From Protoeuglena noctilucae (taxonomy: Eukaryota), in NCBI GenBank assembly GCA_958009085.1, contig OY253677.1, positions 62,001 to 126,000 on the forward strand: a stretch of 64,000 nt of DNA, in the 5' to 3' direction. The notes beneath the pieces were generated by a model that ran no database searches, was not told the origin of the DNA, and saw only the letters and a list, made by a program, of their open reading frames with translations. Positions 11,549-23,300 of the stretch are shown here, piece after piece (the stretch's first letter is position 1; the number at the start of each line of letters is the position of its first letter). The position numbers and the translations under genes are program-made.

Positions 11549-12793
11549 CCACCCTTTCGTGCCGCGTGCCCGAGGCTGTTTCAGGCGCTGCCAGACGCCA
11601 GCAGCCTCGTGCTCGGTGAACCAGGAAATTGCCGCAAAGACACTCGTTGATCGGCTGTCTGGTGGCATCGCAAAGGCAGCACAGGCGACGAGAGAGCCTT
11701 GAAGCTGTGATAGGGCGCAGCTAGGGCGAAATGGCTCGCGATTCCGAGGCAGGGGACGCGGGGACAGATGGCAACGAGTCCGATTGGGAGGCTGAGTTGG
11801 AGAGCGGGGCTCTCGCAAGGCGCCTCGAGGGCGTGGGGCTTGGCAATGCAGGTGACGCGGTGCAGGGCCCTGCGCCGCAGCGCAGGGGCGGCGATGGCCT
11901 ACGATATTTTGTGCGCAAGATCTTTATCTCCCCCACATGCCGAACGTGCGGTCTCCAGGCCCTCCCGCGCAGTCGCGGGTCCGCGACCAGGCGCATCGCA
12001 TCCGTCCGTGCCACCCGGCGCCGCGGGGGAGCGGCGAGGCGTCCTCGCGTCGTCCAGAGACGTCGTTGGCTGGGATGATGCCTCCAGCGAGCGTCCACGG
12101 CCCCGGGACCCCCGGGACGACGCCGGGATGGCCGGCCCCACGTCGCCACTGCCCGACACGGTGGGTTCCCTGCCCGACGGGGCGCGGCACGTGCTGGAGC
12201 TGCACGGGTTCCCTCCCAGCACAGACCGGGAGGACGTGGACGCGGCGTTGGACGCCGTGAGCGGGGGGGCGCGCGTGCGACCCTACGTGGTGTGGGTGGA
12301 TGACACGCACTGGTGAGGGTGCCACTGGGGGAGCACACATGGCTGCTGCCGTGCCATCCAAGCAGCAGCTTCGTCTGCTGCCGATGCTTGATTCCATGCC
12401 CTGTACATTCAAATCACACCCGTCTGTTCGCCCGCAGCCTGGCGGTGTTTGCGGGGCCGGAGGACGCCCGTGCCGCGCTGGGGGCCCACTATGCGCGGCT
12501 GCGTGAGGAGGGCACCAGGCTAGATGGCGTGTCGATGCGCATGGCCGCCGACAGCGCCCACCCCGCCACGCGCGCCATGCCTCTGGGGCGACTGCCGCCC
12601 GCCAAGCCCAGGTGGGGCGAGGGGGGCGGGTGCTGGCAGATGCCTAGTGGCAGGTCGGGTCCAGCGCGGCAGCGTTAGGCAAGTGGCGTAGCAACCCGCT
12701 TCTGCTTTCAGGCCCAAGGGGACGGCAGCCCTGGCGCGTCGGCTGATCGGGGGCGCGCTGGGCATCGACATGGAGCGGCAGGTGGCGGCCATG
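11549..12793 (+). repeat. Direct repeat copy B (1245 bp), partner of 3847-5091
   Basis: Matches copy A. Diverged homology continues to about 12958. Confidence 0.95.
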
Positions 12794-12927
12794 TGCAGGG
12801 AGGAGGGGGACCGTGGGGAGCGGGGGAAGAAGATGGCCAGCGAGAGCCGGGAGCTGAGGTGAAAGGTTTTATATGATGACGCAAACACCGGCGCGGTGTG
12901 TGCAGGGAGCTGCGGGAGCCGGCATAG
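11731..12927 (+). pseudogene. R3HCC1L: Second R3HCC1L-like copy with decayed last intron and exon (truncated C-terminus)
   Basis: Matches copy A to 12793. The last intron is shortened (12859-12905) and the last exon stops early at TAG 12925-12927 (ELREPA*). Confidence 0.7.
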
Positions 12928-13107
12928 CGGCAGTAAAGGCACGCACGAGGGACTGACACGGGGCGCGATGCGTGCCAGGAGACACGTTCAGGATGCCATA
13001 CAAGAGTGCGCCGAGCGCTGACATGCCGTGTTTTTCATCCTCATCGCTTGGCCCGGCCGCTTTCGCCCGGGCAGTACAGGGGAGGGTGCTGAGCACGAAA
13101 AGCTTTG

Positions 13108-13973
13108 ATGGATGCGCCGCTGGGCCGCGACGCGCAAGCGTACACGCCTTGTTATTGTAAAGAGAACGCTTTTTTCCTAGCGCGAGAGCTCGTCGCATGC
13201 GGGGCGTCGCGCGCGGCCGTGGTCTTCCTGACCTCCCCTCCGCCCCGGCGCTTCCCAATTTTCCACCAGCGCGCCGGCCATTTCGTGTGTTGGGACTACC
13301 ACGTCATTGTCGTCACGTTCGACGCGAGCCCCGGCCACCAAGCGCTGGTCTGGGACCTGGACACGACGCTCCCTTTTCCCTGCCCTGCGTGCGACTACGT
13401 GGCGAGGGCGCTGCGGCCGGAGGAGCTGGCGGGGCAGGCGGACAGGCGCTTTCGTGTCGTGGCGGCGGAGGAGTTCCTCGCGAGATTCGCGAGGCGAGAT
13501 GGGCAGCGAGGGGCGGTCGACGCAAGTGAGGGGCGGCGATCGGGAGGCACATGCTGACTTTTTCTTGCCCCGCCGGGCTCCGCAGCGATCGGTCTCACAT
13601 GCTGCTGCCGGACGGACGGTGGGCCGCTGCCCCGCCACTCTACGCTCCCCTGGTGGCCGCGGACGGATGCCGCATGAACCTCGACAGGTGAGAGAGGTGC
13701 TGCCCAAAGATGGCTGCGCTGTTACCGACAGCATGGGCGACGATGCCTGCCGTTTTCTTCTTTCCCAGTTATCTGGACGTGGATGCTGACGCGGCCGACC
13801 CTGCCGACTTGGTGAGGAAGCGCGCGCGGCTGGCATGCCTCGTCACGCCCTTTGCCACAGCTGCTACGCTGCGAGACGCGCCGCTTCCTGCTGCCCCCAG
13901 GACGCGCTATGGAGGGCGCTGGACAGCCGGCGCTTCGGGGTGGTGCTGTCCGAGGCAGCGTGGGTGCAAGTGA
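13108..13973 (+). CDS. NTAQ1: Protein N-terminal glutamine amidohydrolase (WDYHV1)
   Basis: Motifs YTPCYCKEN, CWDYHVIV and VWDLDTTLPFP. FASDRSHM is joined across GC-AG intron 13494-13585. Confidence 0.92.
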
Positions 13974-14049
13974 TGACGAGCGGCGGGGCCGTGGTTGGTT
14001 AAATTGGGTCCCGTCTCTCATTAAACGACCTTCCCAACACCGCCGCGCC

Positions 14050-16189
14050 TCACTGCTGCTTCCCCTCGCCCCCCTGCCCCCTCCCCCTCCCCCGCTTGCC
14101 ACCCCCCTTGTCCAGGTTGCGCTGCACCAGACCCAGCGCACCCCGGTCCAGCCGCCCCCTCCGCCGCCCGCCCTCCGCCTGCGCCGCTTCAGCATCACCA
14201 GCTGCACCCCCCGTCTCGGCTGCCCCCTTCTCCACGCGCGTCTCCTTCACCTCACGCACCTCCACCACCTGTGAGGATGAAGGCGCAGCACATGCATGGT
14301 CACACCTCTGCAAACTCTCTCGATGCCAACATTGACACCCTCTCCCTCACCTCTCCGCTGGGCAGCCGTGTCTTGCGGATGACCACCGTGCGCTTCACCA
14401 CCGTGCACGGGCCATCAGTGCGGTTGCCAGCAGGGGCAGAGGGCGCCGGAGCCACGGTCGGGGTCACTGGGCGCACGTCAGGCGCGCTGGCCTGCACCCC
14501 GGCCTGCGCCCCACCCGCCGCCTCTTGCCTCACTGCCGCACCCTGCTTGACCTGTGCACCCCGCATCCTCTCCGCCACTTGGCTCCGCGGCGGCTCCTTC
14601 CGCGCCCTCCCCTCCGCCGTCGCCCCCTCCGCGCCCTCGCCCTTCCCCCGCCGCCCCGCCAGCACCACCACTGGCGGTGCCGCCCCTGCCTCCCCCGAGG
14701 CAGCGGGGGCAGCGGGGGAGGCGGCAGCGGGGGAGACGGCCACGGCAGCCGGGGGGAGGTTCGCCGGTCTCCCGCGCGCGCCCCACGCCGGCTCTGCCGA
14801 AACCACCCCTCCCTCTCCCCTCCGCAGCACCGCGCCCACGGGGGGGGTGCCTGAGGCCGCCCCTGACACATTCGCCCCGCCCTTCTTGTCCCCCCCCGCC
14901 CTTGCCTGGTGCTGCTTCCCCGCCCCGTGCGCCGCCAGGCTCGCCGCGTCTCGCACCCGCACCCCGCACAGCCGACACTCGAGCGCTTGGAAGTCCAAAC
15001 TCGCGTCCCGCGACGCACCCGAGGCGACGGCGACCGGGGCGACGACAACTGGGGCAACGGCGGCGCTCGGCGTCCCCTTCTTCCCCCTACCCGGCCCCCC
15101 TCTCTTTGCCCCCTCCCCCACCGCCGACACCGGCCGCCCCTGCCCCCTCCCCCTCCCAGCCTCGCCCCCCTCCTCTCGCGACTGCGGCCTCCCCTTCTCC
15201 TTCCCCTTCTCCCTCTCTCTCTCCCTCTCATCGCCCCTCCCCGCTCCCCGCCTCTCCGCGCCCCTGCCCCCCCGCCCCTCGCCCGCACCCCTCCCGCCCT
15301 TGCCCCCCGTGTCAGCCCCCCTGCCGGCCCTGCCCCGCCCGCCCCTCCTCGCCCTGCGTGAACGTCGCTGCTCATCAACAACACAAACACCCCGTTCTTT
15401 CCCACGTCGCCTCCCCACCTCTGCCCTCACCTCTGATCGCGCAAGTAGGCCATCAGCGCCGTGTGCACCACCGGCCGCTCCGCCTTCTCCTCCTTGGCAC
15501 CCGCACCGCCCGTCGCCGGCTGCCTCTCGAGCGCCGACGCGTCCACCGCCTTGGCCACCGACGCCGCCTCGAAGCGCTCCTGCGCCAGACATGGCACGAT
15601 AGGAATCCTTTTGTCATGGCGCAGGCCGGCATGAAGCGGGCAGCATGGCACGCGGCGCAGCGGCATGAGATCCGCACCCGGAACGCTTGGAACGAGGCGT
15701 TGCTCTCGTAGGTCCCCGCCGCCCTGTTCTCCTTGGCGCGCGGGCGCGGGAGGCGCGGGAACAGCGCCGCAGACACCCTGCACGGCTGCGGGGACGCCGG
15801 GGGCCGCCAATGCGCATTTGTGTGGGGCTCCGCGCATCTGCCTCGGGATATTCGGGTGCAAATCTTCACCTGAGCGGCCTCGAGGGCTTCGCGGACGGCC
15901 GCGGCCGACGCAGGGGCCACGGCCACGTGCGCCACGGCCGGGCGGTGGTCCAGGGGCCCCGCGTGGCCAGGGAGGAAGGACGCCCACCGGTGCATGCCCG
16001 CGCATCGTTCCTCCAGCACCTGCGCGCGCGAGGGGAGGTCGCCCGGGGTGGGACCTCGCGCAAAGCAACGAAAAAGCCCTTCGAGACCATCTACTGCACC
16101 GCCCGGCGACTCGCCCGCAGGAACTCCGCGCTCTTCAGGCCGGGGGCGAGGTCCCGGACGACGAGCTTGATGGAGCCCGGGTCGACCAT
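14050..16189 (-). CDS. UPF3: UPF3/Smg-4-like NMD factor with low-complexity charged region and C2H2 (matrin/JAZ-type) zinc finger
   Basis: IKLVVRDLAPGL, then GC-AG intron 16114-16020, then WASFLPG, ALFPRLP...ENRAAGTYESNASFQAF and HTALMAYL, matching the UPF3 domain layout. CRLCGVRVRDAASLAAHGAGKQH lies downstream. Confidence 0.7.
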
Positions 16190-17238
16190 CGCGCCGCGCG
16201 CGGGGCCAGCGGGTCGCGCGATGCGGGGATCTCGCGGCCCCAGGGATGCTGCTGGCGCGAGCAGGCGTCCCCCGCGGCCCACCGAGCGCCAAGGAGTAAT
16301 CACGCGGTCTCGAGCGCGGGAGCGGACGAACCAATTCGGCTCTGGCCCACCTTAGTCAGTCCCCTCCCCGGGGAGGGGACGGGAGACGTCCCGCGGCCTC
16401 TCCTCTCGAGCGCACCCCGACCCTTCTAGCCGCCCATTTCATCTCGGCGCGCAAACAGGCGATCCTCGATACCTTGGTCCGGGTTTTGCCTCAAAAAACT
16501 CTTGAAGCGCATCCTCCACCTGCACCAGGGGACGAGCGACTTCTGCGCGCGCTGGTCGAAGTCACTGGGATAAGCGCCCGCGCCCGCGGGGCACCCTCGC
16601 TTGGCTGGACGGGCTGGAAGGATGGGGGACGCTGGGGTGAGCTCCCTGGCCTCTGCCGGCCCCTTCCGCGGTGCCAGCCGCCTTCTCTCGCCCGTTTTAC
16701 GCGCAACGTGCGCCACCAGCGGGCCTGCCGCGGTCCAGCGGCTCTTCCTCGCCGGCTGCCTCCATTGACCGGCCCGGCGGCGTCCCGGCGGCCCCGTGCG
16801 TCGTCCCGGGGGGCTTCTCGGGACTCGATCGGCGGGGTTTGTTCCGTCCGGCGCGCCCTCCCGGGGCCGCGGGGGCCACGAACGGTCCCGAGCCTCGAGA
16901 GGCCCCATGGCAGCCGCAAAGGGTCCGCTCGCCCGCCATGGTGTTTCTTTACGTTGAGATGCGATGGCTGGCGCGGGGGTCCGCTCCCGCAGCCGTGCCA
17001 AGGAGCCACGGGGCCCCGCTGACTCCCCGAGGCACCTGTTCGCGGATTTCCCCGCCTTAGAGGCGCCCGTAGACGTCGCGACGGGCCGCTTTCCACCGTT
17101 CGCGAGTCTCGGCGCCCCCGGGTGTGGCCGTCGTGCCCTGTCGCGGCGCGCCGGCGCATCGGGTGCCCGGAAGCGATAAGCGACGCGCTGCCGGCCGAGG
17201 GGCCGCCGTTGGGCGTTCCCCATCGGCGCTCGCTTTCC

Positions 17239-20211
17239 ATGGTCGCGTTTTCCGCCCTGAGGCGCCCCTGGCGGGGTCGGCGCGGGCCCCTCGGCGAGCA
17301 TGCCTGGGCCGGCTTGGTACCGCGCATCCCCGCCCCGGAGCGTCTCGGCTTCGTTGGCGCGAGGCCCGTGCTCTCGCGTGCCCTTGCTCTGGAGCTGGGC
17401 AGGGCCCTTGCGGCGTGGGCACTCACGTTGGCCTCCACCGAGCCCCCAGCCACGCCCCGCATGCGCCTGACCCCCTTCTCCCCGCTCCCCGCGCAGTCGT
17501 ACATCCCGCAGGAGGCGTCCCGCCTCACGAACGTGCTGGCCAACATCAAGCACACGTTCGTGGTGTCGGACGCCACCCTCCCCGACATGCCCCTGGTCTT
17601 TGCCAGCGAGTCCTTCTATCAGATGACGGGGTACACGGCTGAGATCCTGGGGCGCAACTGTCGGTTCCTGCAGGCGAGGAGAAGGATCTGCAGTTGGCGG
17701 GAGCGGCGCTGGCCCCACCCTCGCCTCGCTCCATGCCGACATCCCTCCTCTTCTACTTACCTCCCCTTGTCAACCACCTGCCCCACCCTCTCCCTCCCAG
17801 GGCGAGGGCACGGACCCCAAGGACCGCCAGAAGATCCGCGACGCCATCAGCCAGGGCAAGGGCGTGTCGGTGCGGCTGCTCAACTACCGCAAGGATGGCA
17901 CGCCCTTCTGGAACCTGCTGACCATCACGCCCATCAAGACGGCGGACGGGCGCGTGTCCAAGTTCGTGGGGGTGCAGATCGACGTGACGGGCAAGACGGA
18001 GGGGCGGCAGAGCAAGGACGTGTCGCTGGTGCGGTACGACGACCGGCTGCAGCACAACGTGGCCGAGGGCATCGTCAAGGACGTGACGGACGGGGTGCAG
18101 GAGGCGGAGTACGCCAAGGACGGCTCGCGGCCCAAGCCGAGGCGCTTCCCGCGCGTGGCCGTGGACCTGGCCACCACCGTGGAGCGCGTGCAGCAGAACT
18201 TCGTCATTGCCGACCCCAACCTGCCCGACTGCCCCATCGTGTTCGCCTCGGACGACTTCCTGCGGCTGACCGGGTACGCCCGCGAGGAGGTGCTGGGCCG
18301 CAACTGCCGCTTCCTGCAGGGGCCCGACACGGACCCCGAGGCTGTGAAGCGCATCCGCGGGGCGCTGGGGGCCAACAGCGAGGTCACGGTGAAGCTGCTC
18401 AACTACAAGAAGAACGGGACGCCCTTTTGGAACATGTTCACGCTGGCGCCCATCAAGGACGTGGACGGGGCCGTGCGCTTCTACATGGGGGTGCAGGTGG
18501 ACGTGACGGACCCCCAGTCAGCCAAGCAGATCGACGAGATGCAGCAGGCGGCCCTGCGCGCGGCGGTGGGGGACCTGGGGTCGGGGTGGGGCACGGGGGA
18601 CCCCTGGAAGGACATCCAGACGAACGTCATCCGCGTCAAGCCCCACCGGGGGTCGGACCCGGCCACGCTCGCCCTCAAGGCCGTCTTCGACCGAGGTGAG
18701 GGGAGATGGGGTGCAGGGGTGGGCAGCGATGTCATGAAGTGGACTCGAGTGGATCATGGTCGTTGTCTCACCCAGCTCTGTGCTCGGGTGGCTGCAGACA
18801 AGGAGATCAACATCAACCACTTCACGCGCGTCCGGCAGCTGGGGTCGGGGGACGTGGGCCTGGTGGAGCTGGTCAAGCTTAAGGGCACGGGTGAGGCAGA
18901 GGGCAGGGGCTGGCGGGAGATGGGCACGGTGACAGGCGGTGCAGGGACGACTGCGTGGGTGGTGGGGCAGGGATCTCTCTGAGCTGCCCGAAAAAACTCA
19001 TCTCACCCCCCTCCCCCTCCCCCTCGCCGCGCAGACTTCACGTACGCGATGAAGACGCTGAGCAAGCAGGAGATGCTGGAGCGCAACAAGGTGGCGCGCG
19101 TGATGACGGAGCAGCGCATCCTGTCCGAGGTAGACCACCCCTTCGTGGCCAACATGTACTGCACCATCCAGACGCCCACGCATTTGCACTTCCTCCTCGA
19201 GACCTGCGAGGGCGGGGAGCTTTACGCGCTGCTCAACAGCCAGCCCAACGGCCGCCTCAAGGAGCCGTACGTGCGCTTCTACACGGCCGAGGTGCTGCTG
19301 GCCCTGCAGTACGTGCACCTGCTGGGGTACGTCTACCGCGACCTCAAGCCGGAGAACATCCTCGTGCACGGCTCGGGCCACGTCATGCTCACTGACTTCG
19401 ACCTGTCGTACGCCAAGGGGGTCTGCAAGCCGCGCGTTGTGGACGCGGGCACGAGGGCGGTGGGGGCCAGGGGGGGCAAGGGCAAGGCGGCGGGGGGGCC
19501 GCGCGAGGTGCCCAACCTCATCATCGTCGCGGAGCCACAGGCGAGAGGGGGTCAGGAGATGCGCCTTACTCGTCTTGCCTCTCGTCGCTCGGCGCTCTCG
19601 CCCTGTCCTCGTCGCCCACCCATGCCGCCCCTCTCTGACCAACAGGCGCGCGCCAACTCGTTCGTGGGCACGGAGGAGTACCTGCCCCCCGAGATCGTGG
19701 CAGGCACGGGCCACGCGGCTGCGGCCGACTGGTGGTCGTTCGGCATCCTGGTCTACGAGCTGCTCTACGGGTTCACGCCCTTCCGCGGCGCGCGCCGTGA
19801 CGACACCTTCGACAACATCCTTAAGCGACAGCTGGTGTTCCCAGAGGCGAGCGACAAGGGGTGGAGACGGATGCGCAGTGCTGCCATCGATACCCTGTGT
19901 GTACTATCACTGTTAGATGGATACCGAGAGCCACTCATGCCCCGCCTGGGAATGTGCCCGCTGACCCTGCCGGCTCCTCTCCCTGTCCGCAGCAGCCCAA
20001 GGTGTCGCGCGAGGCCAAGGAGCTGGTCAGCGCCTTGCTGGTGCGCGACCCCTCCAAGCGGCTGGGCGCCGTCAACGGGGCCGAGGAGATCAAGGCGCAC
20101 CCCTTCTTCCGCGACGTGTCCTGGCCCCTCATACGCAACACAGCGCCACCCTTCCTGCCCCAGGCGGGCAAGAAGCCCGCCGAGGCCGCGCCCAGCATCC
20201 CCAACTACTAG
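17239..20211 (+). CDS. PHOT: Phototropin (LOV1-LOV2-AGC Ser/Thr kinase); start exon uncertain (ATG|GT at 17239 or 16938)
   Basis: Two [12 protein letters not shown] cores, linker [21 protein letters not shown], and kinase motifs [22 protein letters not shown] and [10 protein letters not shown]. Stop TAG at 20209-20211. Confidence 0.97.
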
Positions 20212-20315
20212 TGCCCGCTGACTGCCGCGTTGCTGTTAATGGTTGTTAGCTACTATGTTGTTCAAGCTAGGGTCTAGGGTGCTTCTAGGACAGTCAGAGA
20301 AGCCACAAGCTAGTC

Positions 20316-23300
20316 TCAGAGGAGAAGGGCAACGGCGCCCAGCACCACCAGGCCGGAGCTGACCAGGGTGGCGGCGGCGCCGCTCTTCTTCGTCGGCGCG
20401 GGCGTGGAGGTCTTCGTCGGCGCGGGCGTGGAGGTCTTCGTCGGCGCGGGCGTGGAGGTCTTCGTCGGCGCGGGCGTGGAGGACTTGGGCGTCGAGCTGC
20501 CGGGGCCACCGGTGGAGGCGGGCGTGGCGGCAGCGATGTACGCGGGGGCCGTAGTCACCGAAATGACCGGTGCCTGCGAGGGCGAGGGGAGAGTCGTAAT
20601 GAGTCCATGATCCTATGCAGGCGCTCAGTCCTCCGCGTCCCCTTGAGGCTTGCATGGCTCACCGAGATGTTGGCCAGGGCGCCTGACGCCGTCTCGAAGC
20701 TCCTCGTCAGGTTGTGGACCAGCTGGGACCCGGCCCCGAGGCTCGTGGTGACGGCGGTCTGGTTGGAGTTGGTCACTTGCACGCTGACATCCACGTTCAG
20801 AGTGTACTGCGGGTGCAGGGGTGCAGAGAGGACGAGCTGAGCAGCCTTGCAGCGCAGCAAAGGCCCAGTCAGGTCCCCCGCTTACCGTCATCAGCTTCCT
20901 GGACGTCCTCTCCCGGACGCTGATCAGGTCCTGAGAGATGCCCGTCTGCGCGGCCGTCTGCGTCTTGATGAGGCTGAAGATCGCCGTCTTGACGTCCACC
21001 GACGGGGGCTGGTCAAACACCATGGCCAGGCTGAACTGCACCACCGACACCGAGGCAGGGGGCGGGGTGTCGCCCGTCACGGCCCCGGACACCGTGACCT
21101 TGAAAGTCGTGGGGGCCACGGTCGGGCTGTAGCTCTTGGTGATGGCCTTGGTGGTCGAGTCCACTGTGTACTCGGAGCACGTGTATGTGACGGTGCCAGT
21201 GCCCTGCAGACATAGAAGGAGATGCGTTATAACCCTGTGCGCGTGATTAGCAGAGGCAGCAAAACAAACGTGCTTTGCTGCTATTATATCACCTTGGGGA
21301 CAGGGAGCTGGAGGTCGTATTTGTACGCCTTGGTGGTGTCGAAGCCGTTCGTGTAATCCGACGGCGTCTCGGTCGAGTAGGACGTCACCGTGGCCACAGC
21401 GTTTTGGAAATCTCCACTAGGAGACACAGGGGTGGCGTCGTTAGTGGTGGCTTTCTGGTTGCTGTTGGTAATGATGTCGCCGATGATGGTAGCATCGCTG
21501 GAAGTGCAACCGATGGCATTGGTTTGAGTAAGGGACGAGTCGGAGCTCATGATGGCCACCAGGCCCGGGATGGGGACGCCAAGGGCCTCAATGGACACCG
21601 AGGTCACCGCCGTCGGCGCCGTCTTGACAAACTTGGCGTTGCGCGTGCCTGCCACTGCCGTCAGCGTCTGGACAGGCTGTGCAGCCACCTTGAACGAGAA
21701 GGACGTGCTGGTCGTGTAGGATCCGGACCCGATCTGGGGCGTGCACGTGATGGTCGCAGTCACGTTGGCCGTGGCCGAGCTCTTGACGGTGAGGGTCGCG
21801 GCAGCCCCCGTGTAGAAGGCGTTGCTGGTGAGCGACACAGAGTTGGCGGTCGAGGTGTTGGAAACGGACACCGTGGACTGGTCCGAGGTGCAGGTCATGT
21901 TCAGCGCCACAGCAGTGGAAGTGTAGACGTAAATTTGCGTTTGCTGCGACACGCCAGACAGGATCGTGACGGTGTCCACCTTTTTGTAGATAGTGTACGT
22001 GGGCGTCGCCGCGATAAAGGACGTCCTGGCCGTGTAGGTGCTGGAGGTGGCGCGGAGGAAGTAGGCGCCCGCAGCTGGCACCCACACCTGGAAGCTCGCG
22101 GTGCCGATGGTCGCCGACACGTTGTCGCAGGTAGAGGCGCACGTGTACGTGACCAGCGTGTCCTTAGTACCGGTCCCAGCTGCCGTGAGGAGAGCGTTGG
22201 ATCCCGTCATTATGGCGTTGCGGTTGCCGAGCGCCCCCGAGTCTGTGGAGCTCATCGTCACGGTGAAGGTGGGCATCACCGACGTCGTGTCAGACGCGCA
22301 TGTGATCACGACGGAGGGATTCGACACGGGGGCCTTGAGCCTCAGGCTGATAGCACCTGACGGGACTGCGTAGCCAATCGGCACCACCATGGTCTTGGTG
22401 AGGTCGCCAGTCCCCGCAATGTCCGTCCCAGAAGCGATGCGACCGTAGTCCGAAGCGTTAGCCATGGTTGCATTCCCCGTCAGGACCTGGATGCCAGGGC
22501 CCACGACAGTGAGCTTGATGGACAGCGTCGTGCCCGAAATGAGGCCCTTCGCAGCGTTCGAGTCAGTGGCGGCGCAGGAGATGGTGACGTCGCCCGTCGA
22601 TAGCGCCGCCGGGATGGTCAGGTCAAACGTTTGGGAAGTCGAAGTGATGGAGTACGAGCTCGTTGAAGGCGTGCGCATAATCGACAAGGTCGACGACGTG
22701 CACGAGACCGTGTAGTCCGAGGCCACGTAGGGGGCGGCGACGGTGACAATGCCCGTGTAGTCCGCCTTGCGCACCTCAAGGACAGGGACCACCGTGGAGG
22801 AAAGCGTCTTGTCAGTGATGGACGCGCCCGTGGCATCCACAGCGTTCTTGCCGGCCGTGGCAGTCAGGACACCTGCCTTGACCGTGACGGTGAAATACAC
22901 CTTCTCGCCCTGCTTGATGCTTGCCGGAGCAGGCGTCGGGGAGGGGGAGGGGGTCGGCGCAGCGGGCGTCGCCGCAGTTGTGGCAGCGGGAGTAGATGCC
23001 GCCGTAGGAGCCGGGGTGGGAGTCTGGGCAGCCGGCGTGGCGCCGGGGGCGGTCGTCGCCTTCGGGGTCGCCGCGATAGTCGGCGACGGGGTGGGGGCGG
23101 CCACGTACACATCGCACGTGAACACGACGGAGGTGTCGGCGACGACATCAGACGAGCCGGGAAGCTTGAAGGCGGTCGCATTGGAAGACGTCGAGAACGT
23201 GAAGACCTGGGAGTAGGCAGCGCCGCTCGCAGCAAAGACCTTGCTGTTGGGAGCCGAGCACTGAATGGACGTTGACGCACCCGGCACCCCGTTCAAGCCG

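Noticed and set aside
3847..12793. Direct repeats read as LTRs of a retrotransposon
   Set aside because: The repeats are a host gene with introns, they lack TG...CA ends, and no gag/RT/integrase motifs lie between them.
14271..15711. Long Pro/Arg/Gly-rich plus-strand ORFs here and similar ones at 23531-24778, 29600-31837 and 40295-41540
   Set aside because: They are antisense or off-frame shadows of real genes in high-GC DNA and carry no motifs.
20267..20290. CTAGGGTCTAGGGT telomere-like motif
   Set aside because: Only two units in a 3' UTR region; too short to support an interstitial telomere.
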